Shown: positions 53,601-62,696, numbered from the stretch's first letter. The stretch: DNA of 64,000 nucleotides from Tubiluchus corallicola (GCA_030141605.1 JAQGDQ010000558.1:1-64000); one strand, 5' to 3'. A program made the numbers and translations. Notes: a model not told the origin generated them from the sequence alone.

Positions 53601-54207
53601 CATGCTTCTGTAGATAACTTAATGTAAATAAGGATGAAGTAAATGATGTAATAATAATATCAATGGTATAAGAGCAATAAACCTGAAAGTTGAGAAAGGA
53701 AAACGTAATATGTAATTACGATTTGGAGTGAGCTTTAAAGAGTGAAAAAAAATTTTTTTTAAATAGTTATGAATATGAATTATGTGAATAAACCGTAAGA
53801 AAGGTTTAGTAAATTAAGTAAGTTCTGTAGGTTACTGCGTAATACATGTGGCTTGTGAGATCTAGAGGCCTGACATTTAAGTTTATTTGACGTACAAGAT
53901 TGCTCTATGCTTCTATGCTACGTTTTTCACATACTCAGCGGGGTATACAACTACACTAGCAATCTAAAAGTTGATTTACATATTCAAAAACTGTTTCAAC
54001 TAAACGATGTGAGCATTCTAATGCATGAATTACAATATTCATACAAAAAATTAAAGCTTAAAAATGCTTGTTTAATTGTACCATGTTAACTTCTGCTGCC
54101 GGACCGGTGATGTCTGCTCTCCCAATACCAATGTAGTAGTTAGCACCATTACATGTAGTAATACAAGCAATTGCAAGACAAACTAGGAGTTGCAACATTG
54201 TTGTCAT
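20064..54207 (-). CDS. ASAH2: Neutral ceramidase, 16 coding exons, about 724 aa, N-terminal signal peptide
   Basis: Exons (minus): 54207-54082, 52236-52087, 49210-49034, 47012-46885, 36704-36627, 33879-33759, 33396-33274, 32347-32261, 31332-31228, 29970-29889, 28911-28799, 26685-26455, 24431-24336, 23428-23231, 21407-21319, 20334-20064. All introns GT-AG, phases consistent, total 2175 nt. Family motifs: GRADITGP, MMGYA, HTHSGPGG, WFAVHCTSMNNTN, NEGDVSPN, GYSFAAGTTDGPG, PGEFTTMSGRR, YQVQRYEGAST. Confidence 0.96.
21319..21407 (-). CDS. ASAH2: Ceramidase coding exon 15
   Basis: TGATFLTVERWDPATSYWITEYTDASWET, ends in phase 2. Confidence 0.94.
21561..21947. mobile_element. hAT-type MITE
   Basis: CAGGGGCGGAACTAG...CTATTTCCGGCCCT; TSD AAAATGTG/AAGATGTG. 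Confidence 0.7.
22931..23211 (+). mobile_element. tRNA-headed SINE, second copy
   Basis: Highly similar to 5168-5447; TSD-like TTAATAAGT. Confidence 0.88.
23231..23428 (-). CDS. ASAH2: Ceramidase coding exon 14
   Basis: GNATVKGDSPPNLLDDQISFLPPVIYD...FVAGNPRNDLM. Confidence 0.94.
23549..24090 (+). mobile_element. 5S rRNA-headed SINE (SINE3), full-length
   Basis: About 118-nt 5S-like head (CCGAAGTTAAGC...CTGGTTAGTACTTGGATG) followed by a ~425-nt body ending GGATGCCAAC; TSD ATATTYTATGTACA. Confidence 0.9.
24336..24431 (-). CDS. ASAH2: Ceramidase coding exon 13
   Basis: VQRYEGASTIYGPHTLQAYVQIYNGLTEAIAT. Confidence 0.95.
25359..26136 (+). mobile_element. BEL/Pao LTR retrotransposon remnant (integrase C-terminus, PPT, 3' LTR)
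   Basis: VLVRDGMLPRAQWKLGRV...DGTIRAVTLR...VKLLHPLE (DUF5641-type); purine-rich tract GGTGGGAG; LTR TGTCG at 25884...AATAAA...CTACA at 26136. Confidence 0.82.
26455..26685 (-). CDS. ASAH2: Ceramidase coding exon 12
   Basis: MSFPYAWQPSIV...PGEFTTMSGRRIR...GLSNTYSSYIATYEEYQ. Confidence 0.96.
26830..27595 (+). mobile_element. 5'-truncated non-LTR retrotransposon 3' end (RTEX/RTE-like), (AAATCT)n tail
   Basis: ORF 26807-27475 with RT thumb/C-terminal motifs (VNVNKTK, KYLGHIL, LFNAYCTTFYCMSTW). Confidence 0.85.
27722..27975. mobile_element. Small foldback-type MITE with AAAAAGTCAC subterminal repeats
   Basis: Repeated AAAAGTCAC at left and GTGACTTTTT at right. Confidence 0.55.
28261..28737. mobile_element. 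hAT MITE
   Basis: TIR GGGGTGTGCAAATT, GGCCCG subterminal motifs, 8-bp TSD ATATAAAG. Confidence 0.88.
28799..28911 (-). CDS. ASAH2: Ceramidase coding exon 11
   Basis: TTSGNFFWDLVRNFIRTPSQEQIDCQSPKPILVDTGE. Confidence 0.94.
29889..29970 (-). CDS. ASAH2: Ceramidase coding exon 10
   Basis: VKTCKPAMGYSFAAGTTDGPGAFDFKQ, ends in phase 1. Confidence 0.95.
31228..31332 (-). CDS. ASAH2: Ceramidase coding exon 9
   Basis: ELYDNATIQLSGPVDYRHHNVDMTDVVVKLEDGTK. Confidence 0.93.
32261..32347 (-). CDS. ASAH2: Ceramidase coding exon 8
   Basis: SELCVASGPGVDMTDSTRIIGLQQYTKAL, GTAAGT donor. Confidence 0.94.
32481..33012. repeat. (TCATTG/TCATTA/TCA)n compound microsatellite
   Basis: Seen directly. Confidence 0.97.
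33274..33396 (-). CDS. ASAH2: Ceramidase coding exon 7
   Basis: GDFVAAFAQTNEGDVSPNTRGPHCQDTGKACD... Confidence 0.95.
33759..33879 (-). CDS. ASAH2: Ceramidase coding exon 6
   Basis: WFAVHCTSMNNTNEFISGDNKGYASLLFE... Confidence 0.95.
33992..34761. mobile_element. MITE with TIR CAGGGATGAGAAT/ATTCTCATCCCTG carrying an RTE insertion
   Basis: Perfect 13-bp TIRs; CAGTGT on both sides. Confidence 0.85.
34115..34372 (-). mobile_element. RTE 3' fragment nested in a MITE
   Basis: AGHILR...GKRKRGRPKTTW...DRTQWK; (TAAGGTC)n tail; TSD GAACCTCT. Confidence 0.88.
35076..35448 (+). mobile_element. 5'-truncated copy of the same RTE derivative, inserted at the end of a Tigger-like remnant
   Basis: Near-identical to about 37700-38068; (GAA)n tail; TSD GTATAGTTAAGCTTCG/GTACAGTTAAGCTTCG. 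Confidence 0.85.
35975..36397 (+). mobile_element. RTE-like 3' fragment with (GAC)n tail
   Basis: IDAFQRRNYRNILGIRWPKKISN...RRRLRWIGHILR. Confidence 0.8.
36627..36704 (-). CDS. ASAH2: Ceramidase coding exon 5
   Basis: YKYDVDKDMIVLKFVNANGLGIGMI, phases 2/2. Confidence 0.92.
37003..37188. repeat. (CTTA)n(CCTA)n microsatellite
   Basis: Seen directly. Confidence 0.97.
37571..38068 (+). mobile_element. Non-autonomous RTE-derived retroelement with 5' twister ribozyme, full-length
   Basis: Twister core at 5' end fused to the RTE ORF C-terminal remnant (VVRPALIYGLE...EMRMLRWMVGITRRDKIRN), (GAA)n tail, TSD TATACATCAA at 37561-37570 and 38072-38081. Confidence 0.88.
37575..37648 (+). ncRNA. Twister ribozyme (predicted cleavage between U37578 and A37579)
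   Basis: UAG-CC-[ACUGGG..CUCAGU]-GCCGGUCCCAAGCCCGGAUAAAU-AGG-GAGGG matches the twister core GCCGGUCCCAAGCCCGGAUAAA...GAGGG (P4 plus CCC/GGG pseudoknot); P1 weak. Confidence 0.8.
38378..38609. repeat. (AAT)n/(AATAGT)n microsatellite
   Basis: Seen directly. Confidence 0.97.
39180..39545 (+). mobile_element. CR1/L2 3'UTR copy
   Basis: Closely matches about 3165-3485. Confidence 0.7.
40757..42640. repeat. 41-bp minisatellite, about 46 copies, two variant classes
   Basis: GCAGCACTCACGGTCTCTTATGAATCTCAGTATATCTATCT and variant ...TTACGAGTCTCTGTAAATCTGYCTGYAG. Confidence 0.96.
43134..44426 (+). CDS. Alpha-1,3/4-fucosyltransferase (glycosyltransferase family 10), type II membrane protein, single coding exon, nested antisense in ceramidase intron 4
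   Basis: 430-aa ORF with N-terminal TM helix; motifs FYSLEPP, FFNWTMTYRTDSDI, YKFYLSFENSQCIDYVTEKYW, PGSYIHIDEF...LAQYL, WCKLC; acceptor TTTCTAG at 43105-43111; AATAAA at 44442. Confidence 0.95.
   Translation: MKKQPRLLLAIIICTAIMVMMFYYLLMIPSRHVKECSRQRHNRANRNYSKIICKENNENTSDSENFLHWFVSKYLRNTERLEHRHSDRLSPIPHTGNDIKIILFWTPSYHSNRWKGAERSFLNCSYSCAAEYSHSMILYADAVLFFGFTTDAKNLPYKRDLSQPWIFYSLEPPTITARSGFHGNMYADFFNWTMTYRTDSDIYIPYKFYAEQETLVDDATMQTASELTKNVTEEQNLKVPTENEIVFNSTKLVVAMISNCKRKQRLNVVRELQKHVPVEVFGRCTQRPLCKNETNKTSCLKAELSQYKFYLSFENSQCIDYVTEKYWTTPFKYGLVPIVWGTTIANYAEIAIPGSYIHIDEFESTKELAQYLLLLDSNENLYNKYFKWKDKYTIKSDSRWCKLCQRLHEENHEQKVYHDFYTWWEKSCKV
44918..45244. repeat. Long inverted repeat (about 140-bp arms, about 40-bp spacer)
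   Basis: ACAGTTGTAAACTTTTGCAAG...GGTTATTAAC / GTTAATAACC...CTTGCAAAAGTTTACAACTGT. Confidence 0.92.
45320..45385 (+). mobile_element. Degenerate 5S-derived fragment (older SINE3)
   Basis: CTGAAGTTAAGCAG...CTGGTGAGTGAATGGATGGGTGAC resembles the 5S internal control region. Confidence 0.5.
45933..46770 (+). repeat. Dispersed element with 5 tandem 137-bp hairpin-containing units
   Basis: Unit contains GGTGAGTGT-GTTAAT-GACC-GTAT-GGTC-GT-ACACTCACC; unique flanks shared with 52503-53750. Confidence 0.9.
46885..47012 (-). CDS. ASAH2: Ceramidase coding exon 4
   Basis: SISIASQNLQPG...NINRSPTAYLNNPEQERS, ends in phase 2. Confidence 0.95.
47279..47742 (-). mobile_element. Same LINE 3' end, inverted copy
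   Basis: Near-identical reverse complement of about 27120-27590. Confidence 0.85.
48351..48508. repeat. (GA)n-rich tract
   Basis: Seen directly; a similar tract lies at 24492-24562. Confidence 0.95.
48692..48908. repeat. 44-bp minisatellite, about 5 copies
   Basis: GGAACAATGATAGATGCTCAGCTAGCAAAATGCAAGAACATTAT. Confidence 0.9.
49034..49210 (-). CDS. ASAH2: Ceramidase coding exon 3
   Basis: VVKKLQ...SSIHTHSGPGGFLQY...IVK (Zn-binding HxH). Confidence 0.95.
50509..51426 (-). repeat. Inverted copy of 7367-8250
   Basis: As above, with a local duplication near 50530-50595. Confidence 0.88.
52087..52236 (-). CDS. ASAH2: Ceramidase coding exon 2
   Basis: MGYANPAQTSSGIHFRLYSRAFVIAD...KLE, AG/GT bounded. 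Confidence 0.95.
52503..53750 (-). repeat. Same element, inverted, with 8 tandem 137-bp units
   Basis: GGTGAGTGT motif recurs every 137 bp from about 52571 to 53530; both flanks match the other copy. Confidence 0.9.
54082..54207 (-). CDS. ASAH2: Ceramidase coding exon 1 (signal peptide)
   Basis: MTTMLQLLVCLAIACITTCNGANYYIGIGRADITGPAAEVNM then GT donor; upstream AG acceptor at 54245-54246 implies a 5'UTR intron. Confidence 0.92.
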
Positions 54208-54586
54208 GGTGTACAGCTAACCGAGGTCTTCGTTACGGCAATTCCTGCAAAAAAATACCATAAACAAAATGGCAAGAACAGGTCCTTCCAGAGCAACAAT
54301 AGTATATGTGACAGGAAGACTGGGATACTATAAAGCACATCCAGTTCAAACTACCTGGCAATGAGTTAAGACAAATTTGGTGTAATCTGAAGTAGTTTTG
54401 CGCCGACGTTTTTTTTTTGTGAAGTAGTTTTTTTGTTCCGATTTCTGCTCTGGTTCGATTGGAATGTCAACAAAATGCGCGATTCTTCAGCATCTTTGAC
54501 GGTGACGTCATAGTCTGTATAGGTGAAAGGTTTGCATCATTCACCGCTCAGTTGTCGTCACTGCTCAGCTTTCATCTACCATATCT

Positions 54587-55129
54587 GTTGGCATCCTTCT
54601 GTCTCAGAAGACAATGGAATGTGCGCCAAGAGAGTCAGTTATTGATCACATTGATGGAGCTGCAGCGTCGACTGTGGCTGAGCAGTGAGATTCTTAAACG
54701 TCTCCAGGGCGCACGCCTGGGCAAGGTGTATGGAGATCCTGAGTTGCCCAGACAACAGGAACCCCCTCTCTTCCTCCCTGGTGTAGTCCAAAAGAAAGCG
54801 GAGCGATACGTTTGGCACCAGCTTGGCTGCAGGAGCTGCCGGAGTCTGTGAGCATGCTGCACTGGTCCGCCTTCGGGGCTCCACTCCTGATTTGAAAGGT
54901 TTTACGCCTCTACACACGGCCGTTGGGTCACTTGATCTCCTCCGCACTCTAGCCGTTGGCTGCTTGTACAGCTCCTCCGCCTAGTGTCAAAATACAGTGT
55001 GGGCATCCCGCAAGCCTACAGCACCTGGTATTCCTAGGCGGTCACCCATCCAAGCACTAATCAGGCTCTACGTTGCCTAACTTCGGTGATCAGACGAGAA
55101 CCGGTGTTTTAAACGTTATTTGGCCGTAG
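54587..55129 (-). mobile_element. 5S rRNA-headed SINE (SINE3), full-length
   Basis: Reverse-complement copy of 23549-24090; partial TSD TACCATAT. Confidence 0.9.
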
Positions 55130-55740
55130 TAATTTACCATATAATTTACAATAAAGCCGGCACGCACTTAAAAGTAAGGTCAAAAATGTAAAAATTGAAT
55201 ATAATTTAACTTACCTAATTAATTCTTGTCAAGTGCAATAGCGTCTTGGGGTTTTCTGATTTGGAATTCTGCAACTTCCAAAGAAAATTTATCAAACGTT
55301 AACATGGCATTTACTAAACGACGGTTCAGCTTATATACTGCAGCTATTTGTATATTGCGAAGCATAAAAAACCAATGTATGCTGGAAATGTTTGAGAATC
55401 TGGAACGGACGGGTTAACACAATACTTTCCAGGTGTATAAATTACACGGTACAAAAGGCACTGGTAAATATGCTGCTGCTAAGTACAAACAATGTTATTA
55501 ACATAAAGCATTGTTTGTCAAGGTGCCTTTAGTGCGTGTCCGCTATGCAGCGACTCATATAAATGATTACGAAATGAAGAAGCCATAAATTTCCATCAAT
55601 GTTTACCTGTGTAATTTGTTTGAAGTTGGCTTCACAAAAAAGTCTCTCAAGGTCAATTAGCAGCTTGTACTTTTTCCCGGTTTTCAGCATTAATCAAAAA
55701 TGTGCTCGTGCACTGGGTAAGGAATATGAATTGCCATATC

Positions 55741-56190
55741 ATGCAATAGCACATTTTATGGTTTTATTATATAATGTCGCTTGTTCTAGTTTGGAATACA
55801 CTGTCTAGACACGTTATGCAATAGCACATTTTATGGTTTTATTATATAATGTCGCTTGTTCTAGCTTGGAATACACTGTCTAGACACGTTATGCAATAGC
55901 ACATTTTATGGTTTTATTATATAATGTCGCTTGTTCTAGTTTGGAATACACTGTCTAGACACCTTGTGCAATAGCACATTTTATGGTTTTATTATGTAAT
56001 GTCGCTTGTTCTAGTTTGGAATACACTGTCTAGACACGCTATGCAATAGCACATTTTATGGTTTTATTATGTAATGTCGCTTGTTCTAGCTTGGAATACA
56101 CTGTCTAGACATGCTATGCAATAGCATATTTTATGGTTTTATTATGTAATGTCGCTTGTTTTAGCTTGGAATACACTGTCTAGACACCTT
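55741..56190. repeat. 75-bp minisatellite, 6 copies
   Basis: ATGCAATAGCACATTTTATGG...CTGTCTAGACAC at 75-bp period. Confidence 0.93.
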
Positions 56191-56377
56191 AACTAACCAC
56201 TGCCGCTAGCCGATGCACTAAACTATTTACTTTGCTCTTCCAACTTTGCCTTCAAGTCAGGCATTTTGATAACCTAACCTGTAAATTTACTTTTAAATAT
56301 TGTACAGTACAAGTCTGTATTTGCTTGTTGGAACCATAAATCTATGTTATATGATATAAATCTATATCATAAAGCAG

Positions 56378-56800
56378 TGCGGGATGCCCACACTGTCTTG
56401 ACACTAGGCGGAGGAGCTGCACAAGCAGCCAATGGCAAGAGGGCGGAGGAGGTCAAGTGACCCAACGGCCATGTGTAGAGGAGTAAACCTTCCAAATCAG
56501 GAGTGGAGCCCCGAAGGCGAACCAGTGCAGCATGCTCACTGACTCCGGCAGCTCCTGCAGCCAACCTGGTGCCAAACGTATCGCTCCGCTTTCTTTTGGA
56601 CTACACCAGCGAGGAAGAGAGGGGGTTCCTGTTGTCTTGGCAACTCAGGATCTCCATACACCTTGCCCAGGCATGCGCCCTGGAGACGTTCAAGGATCGC
56701 ACTGCTCAGCCACAGTCGACACTGCAGCTCCATCAATGTGATCAATAACTGACTCTCTTGGTGCACACTCCACTGTCTTCCGAAACAGAAGGATGCCAAC
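56378..56800 (+). mobile_element. Same SINE body without the 5S head
   Basis: Homology starts at the head/body junction; TSD AAATCTATATYATAA. Confidence 0.88.
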
Positions 56801-58199
56801 CAAATCTATATTATAATACCTAGCAACTTGTTACAGCTAGAAAGGGTTGGGAATGAATTTTAATGTAAAGTTCTGCCAAATTTGTCTACCTTGCAAAGTT
56901 AAGAAAGTCAGGATAAGCTACAGTTATGGTATTCTCACTTCTTCTAGTGTGCTTATATAATGTATCCCATTCCCCTTAAATGCCTACAAATAGGTCAGAA
57001 AGGTGATCAGTACTGATCATACTGTGACAGTCTTGGACGAGCAAAAAAAGCAGCCTTGACTGTGCAGGCTGCCACTTCTTGGCTGCAACTTATATATCCT
57101 AGTGCCTGGTCACCTAGTGATTTTATTATCACCTAGCAGTTAGCAACTAACTTACAATAATTTTCCTTTTATAGGTGACCATCCAATTAGATTCCATGTA
57201 ATTGAAATAGAAATTCGCTAAAAACTTTTTTCCCTTATGCTGAAAATAAACTGTAGAACTCAAGAATATGGGCTGAAATGTACCCCTCACCCCGCCACAG
57301 TGGAAGCTTATGACTGGAGTCTGAAGTCTTTTTCGCTTACCCTGACCCTAGCAAATTTGTCCCTGATTTTTCGGTTCTGGATCCTTTAACCCCATGTCAC
57401 AAAATAAAGTTGGTATGAAATAGTAACACTCTTATTTATTTGAAGGCAGGTTCTTAGAAAGGAAAAAGCTAATGCTAAGAGCCTCAACTTCAAATTAAGT
57501 TTATTTCACCCTACAAACTACAAAATATATAAATTATTACAGCTCAGCTGAAAAAGACAAAAAATAAAACAAATTTGATAGATATACTTCTGATTCAAAT
57601 TTTAATAGGCTATTGCAGTTTGTCACATAGCAGCCATGAAGCTGAACTTGCTAGGTCACTATCAATTGTGAAATGAGGAATGAAGATTATAAGTAAAGGG
57701 GCTGAAATATTTGATGTTTTAAAGACTTATTAAAAACGAAAAATATTAAATAGATTTACTGCTTTTAACGTTTGAAGGAATACTGTTATATTATAAAGGG
57801 GCTCAGAATTTAAGAAGATGTCTACCAAGATTTGTTCTACAACAGGATATCAGATGTTCATTGAAACATGCGTTATATTGTTGTGTTTGATCATACGATA
57901 AGGCAAAGTAAAAAAAAATTATAGAAATAAGCCACAATTTGTTAAGTAGATAATTATATGTGGAAAGAATAAATGAAATTAAAATCAATTATTGTTTAAT
58001 AATAGGGATTTAGTTTCAGCTATGAGTATGTATTTCATTGGACAATTTATAACGCGGGGAAATTTTCTTCGATGTCTGTTTAAGACCACCAAGTTCAAAG
58101 AATAGGTTATTCCCAAAGCAATAGTACACAACTGGAAAAAAGGCAAAATTAATGTATGGTATAATAACTATAAATAATAAATGAGATTTGCATCTATAC

Positions 58200-58460
58200 C
58201 TATTTTCCCCAGTTAAGGATTTAAATTTTACTCGGGTTAGTAGGTTAATTCACTCTAGCAGGATCCACTGCAAATAACTAAAACACACAAAACTTTGAAT
58301 TACTAATAGTAATATAAGCATAAACACATCAGCTCTGAATGAGAAATCCACATTGTCCTACAGTACACCCCGCACGTGACCAAACATTGAGTGCACTTTG
58401 TTTACTGTACCGCACGTGACCAAACTTTGAGTTCGCTTTTAACTAGTTTTGTTTACTACT
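58200..58460 (-). promoter_or_regulatory. Candidate ceramidase promoter and non-coding first exon (about 58340-58200)
   Basis: Two GTCACGTG (CLEAR/E-box) motifs at 58373-58380 and 58413-58420, FOX-type GTAAACA motifs near 58400 and 58450, initiator-like TCATTC at 58337-58342, AG|GTATAG donor at 58200 that could join the acceptor at 54245. Confidence 0.45.
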
Positions 58461-60849
58461 TTACTGTACTTCCTAAATAAACGGCTAACAAAATAATAAT
58501 AAGTAGCTGAAGGGCAGAATTGAATATTAGTGGGTGTTCCTAAATTTGGTTATTGAATATTGGAAATCATGCGTACTGTATCAGACGTGCTTATATGGGC
58601 GCGCTGTACAATGTTCCTTTCTAACAATCTCCTAGCTAGTCATCATTATGAAGACAATAATAGGAAGTCTTCTTCTAACCCTATGATCATTAATGTGCTT
58701 ATAGGAATTACATTGAAACAAAGTTGGAACTAATATTATCTAATAATTCACAATTCTTCTGCAAATGTAGCAAGGAATACACCATTGTAATTGTATTTAT
58801 GGTTATAATTTTTAATGTTTGATAATAATTTTCAAAGTTACAAATTTGTGTTGGATGTATTATTACACTTCGAAAAAATAATGTTGAAAAGTGTTTAGTG
58901 TCAGTATGAGACTGACAATTTAAAAAAATCACTGCTTACAAGTAGACGTTTCAAGTGCCTGTTAATTTTAGTTAAAATATAGCATTAAATAATAATAGAG
59001 TCATTAAATAATTATGGGCCTTCTCTCGTTGGATGAAAGACTGCTTGAACAGACGACAATGTTTTTATTGCTACAGAAAATTCCACTAAAAATTATTTCA
59101 ATGTTCTAATCAGACATAGTTAAATCTTGATGCTGTATGAATGGCAATTAAACCATTCCATATAAACATTAACATGCTTAGCATCCCACATTGGTTTACT
59201 GACTTTAGTTTTTGAATAAAGTACAAGGAATTAACCGAGCCATGGTCGAAGTTAGTAAATAGTTGAAGTTTAAAAACACAAAAAATTGCGTAAGGAACAA
59301 AATGGTGGTTTATATTAATATAACATCAGTGTGATGCAGAATAGTGGCAGAGCACATACATATATCATATATATACCTAAACTAAACAACATTTACTATT
59401 CGGTGGAGGAATATTAAAGTATAAACTATGATCCTAATAGTAATTATGGTCTGGTAACTTGATTTAAAACGTAAATTAATTTAACTGCTGTTACACATGG
59501 CAACATGATAAAAATTTAATAGCATTTTGACAAATTGAAGGTAAAGTACCACGCCAATGTATCCACAAAAAGGTGATGTATCGAATGCACAAGTTTGACT
59601 AAATATAATCCTTGGTAACGATGAAGTTTAATGAATAGTTGTATTACACTGTTTGTGCTATAATTATAAATTAATGATGATCCCATGTACATTCTAACGT
59701 TAGATATGAGGAAGCGACCTGCAAAGTCGTGTATATATTATTTAAAAAACTTGAGATATATACTAAACTGCAAATCTCACACTGAAAAGCAACACTTTTT
59801 GCAAGTAAAATATCTTCAGCATTATTTTATGTGTCTACGTTTATGTTCGTGTTTTGAGTTCATTTGTTGAAGCACATAATAAGGACTATTAATCTTCGGC
59901 TGCCATGGAGGCTCTTCGATCCCTAGCTACTTTCTAAGATGAAGTATTTTTCAGAAGTAGAAATGTTCCATTGAGACTTGTTGTGTAAAAACAATTAATC
60001 TAAGTTCTTTGTCTTATCTTGGTTTCTTTGATGCCTGAATTGAGTCATAGTAAGCTTGAATAAGTGAACTAACTGAACTATTTTTTTGTAATTTTACAGA
60101 ATGACCAACCAAATTAAGCCTTTGGTGTTTAATCGTTCAGGCCCATTTTAGTTCCTTGATTTTATCCTACAAATCCTTGTTGCTTTACAGCTTTTAGCCA
60201 TTTTATCTCTAGTAGTGATTGGTATAAATGTCTTGAAAAGTGTCAATATCCACATTACATTCAAGGTCCACAGTTCTGAATCGTAGAAGGTGTTGAAGAT
60301 TCTAAAACTGTAATTAATTTAAGCTCATATTTTTGTTATTGACTATATTTCTAACTTTTGAGAATGCCGCTAGTGCTACTTTAATATTTTTCTTCTTTTG
60401 CTGTCTTCTTTACAGCCTAGTAGCTTAAGAATTTGCATTTTTTCCAGACTTCGTCACCATTATGTTTCATATGAAACTCCTCAGTTTGCTTTCATTAACT
60501 TTTAAGTTAATCTTTGAGCTGTGCAGGAATCGCTCTTGACTTCTAAATCTTCTTTCCTCTTTCTTGGCAAGAACAAAAATTTAATAACATATTATGCTTT
60601 GTGGTCTATGAAGAATGTACAAAGCCTCATATCTTAATGCCGCCTAAGATTTTTGGTCTTGCCAGAGTTGCTTCGTTTTAGAGAATTAGACAACAAATTG
60701 GGAAGGGGAGTGATTGCAATTAAATCCCTAGCCGTGGAAACCCACAAGTGCCGGTAAAGGTTAGGAACGTTTTTATCGGCAAATAAATGCAATATCAATT
60801 GATGTTAATTAAATTGTGGAATGAAAACTAATAATATGCGTGCGTTGTT

Positions 60850-61300
60850 TGGTAACCACAGTATGTTACTCTTAAAAATTCCTTAGAAAAAACTCAATGG
60901 AGATGTATTAGTCTGGCCTCTGATATTCAGCCTGACTCTGTATCTTCTCTTGAACAATGTCGTGATACTATAGATCTTATTAACTGTTATAAAGTCATTA
61001 GTGGTAGTTCTATTTTGCGTGGTGATAATTTTTTTTCTAGAACACTAGGCACTACGTGATTTACATGGACACAATTCTAAATTACTTGTACAATACTCTC
61101 GCACTAATATCAGAACTTATTTCTTCTCTTCTCATGTTGTGGGCCCTTGGAAGTCACTTAATAGTGAAACAGTTGACGCACCATATCTGCCGCAATTTCG
61201 CAAATTGTTGAGGAGAGACCGTCAATAACCGTGTTGTGGTTAGGTCTCTTAAACTTCGCAAGCATTTCATAAGCAAGTATGAGATAAGCAAGCGCAAAGT
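60850..61300 (+). mobile_element. Degenerate CR1 3' end
   Basis: GHNSKLLVQYSRTNIRTYFFS..VVGPWKSL...FRKLL. Confidence 0.65.
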
Positions 61301-62532
61301 AATTCTTTTTATCACGGTCTTACTAATGCCTTAAATTTTAATGAAAGTGTTATTAATGCTAAGAACGTGGATATTTTACAAAAAACGCTTGAAGCTGAGT
61401 CACCAATAATGAAACATGTCGAGGAACCATCCACTGACCTGTAGATGATTCGCCGCGAGTTCTTTCACTGATTCAATCTAACTAAACTAAACTAAAGTTA
61501 GCATATTGTACTAATAACCCTATTAATTTTGTAATTGCAAAATAATATTTACTGGCTGGTTCAGTAAGGAATCAAACACTATGGAGGATGTTTCGTGCTT
61601 GTTGGACATCCCCGTTTACCGCTTCAGTACACCGTGGTATGTGCTCCACCGAGCACTGAGTCGCAGTACACGGGGCTGTCGAGCGAATGTTAACATCACA
61701 CATTTATCATTCAAGATAGTGAAGTTAGTTAGTGAAGTGAAGTCACACTTGAGTGTTAAAACCTCACATTAAATTTAGTTATTTCCAAGTCACACCTGGG
61801 TGCTGGAAGCTATTTTAAAAGTCACTTTTAAGTCAGAATTATGTGTTAAAACCTTTTTTTGGACGCAAAATTAATTTCAATAAACTATTTAAGTTGTAAT
61901 TGGTCGTCATTAGTAGAGGCCCTAAAGGGAGGTTTGCAGTTTACAAAAATGGCAAAATATTTGTTTTTAGCTGCTCAAAATTTCGAAAATAGTTTTGAAA
62001 ACACAGTTCAGATATTGTCATATAACAACAAAAACATTCTAAATTACATATATAAAAATTATTGTTGCTATTATTGTTTTATTGTTTTCTGCAATTTAAA
62101 GAAATATTATTGTTCTGTGTGATAATAAATTGTGATAAGGAGGTTAATCACCAGGCGATGAATTATTAGCAAATTTATCCTTTGGTGATCAATATTGATC
62201 AGAATTATCATCCATGCAGTTGCAATAGCATGGAATGGATCAGTGGCACTGTGGAGTTGGCACTTTCTTCTATCAAACCCCTTAGTTTATTAGTAGATAA
62301 AATGTTCTTATATGCAGAAATGCCAAACAGTCAATCCCTTTCTGCAACGATACTTTTTTAGTTCTGCCACACCGATTGGATGAAACTTTCTGGAAATAAT
62401 CTTTCTTACCACAGGTGATGGCTTTTAACTAGCGTATAGTGCACTTTCTGGAACGATTTTGGTTTGGAACTGCTTTCATGTTGTTTTGCAATATCTCACC
62501 TTTTGCTTCAGGCACTATCCTTTTTGCTTCAT

Positions 62533-62611
62533 CTCATCTCTCTCTCTCTCACTCTTTCTCCCCCCTCTCTCTCTCTCTTGCTCTCTTTCTCTCTCTCACT
62601 CTTTCTCCCTC

Positions 62612-62653
<42 letters not shown>

Positions 62654-62662
62654 TTCTCTCCC

Positions 62663-62695
<33 letters not shown>

Positions 62696-62696
62696 G
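62533..62696. repeat. (CT)n-rich tract
   Basis: Seen directly. Confidence 0.95.
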
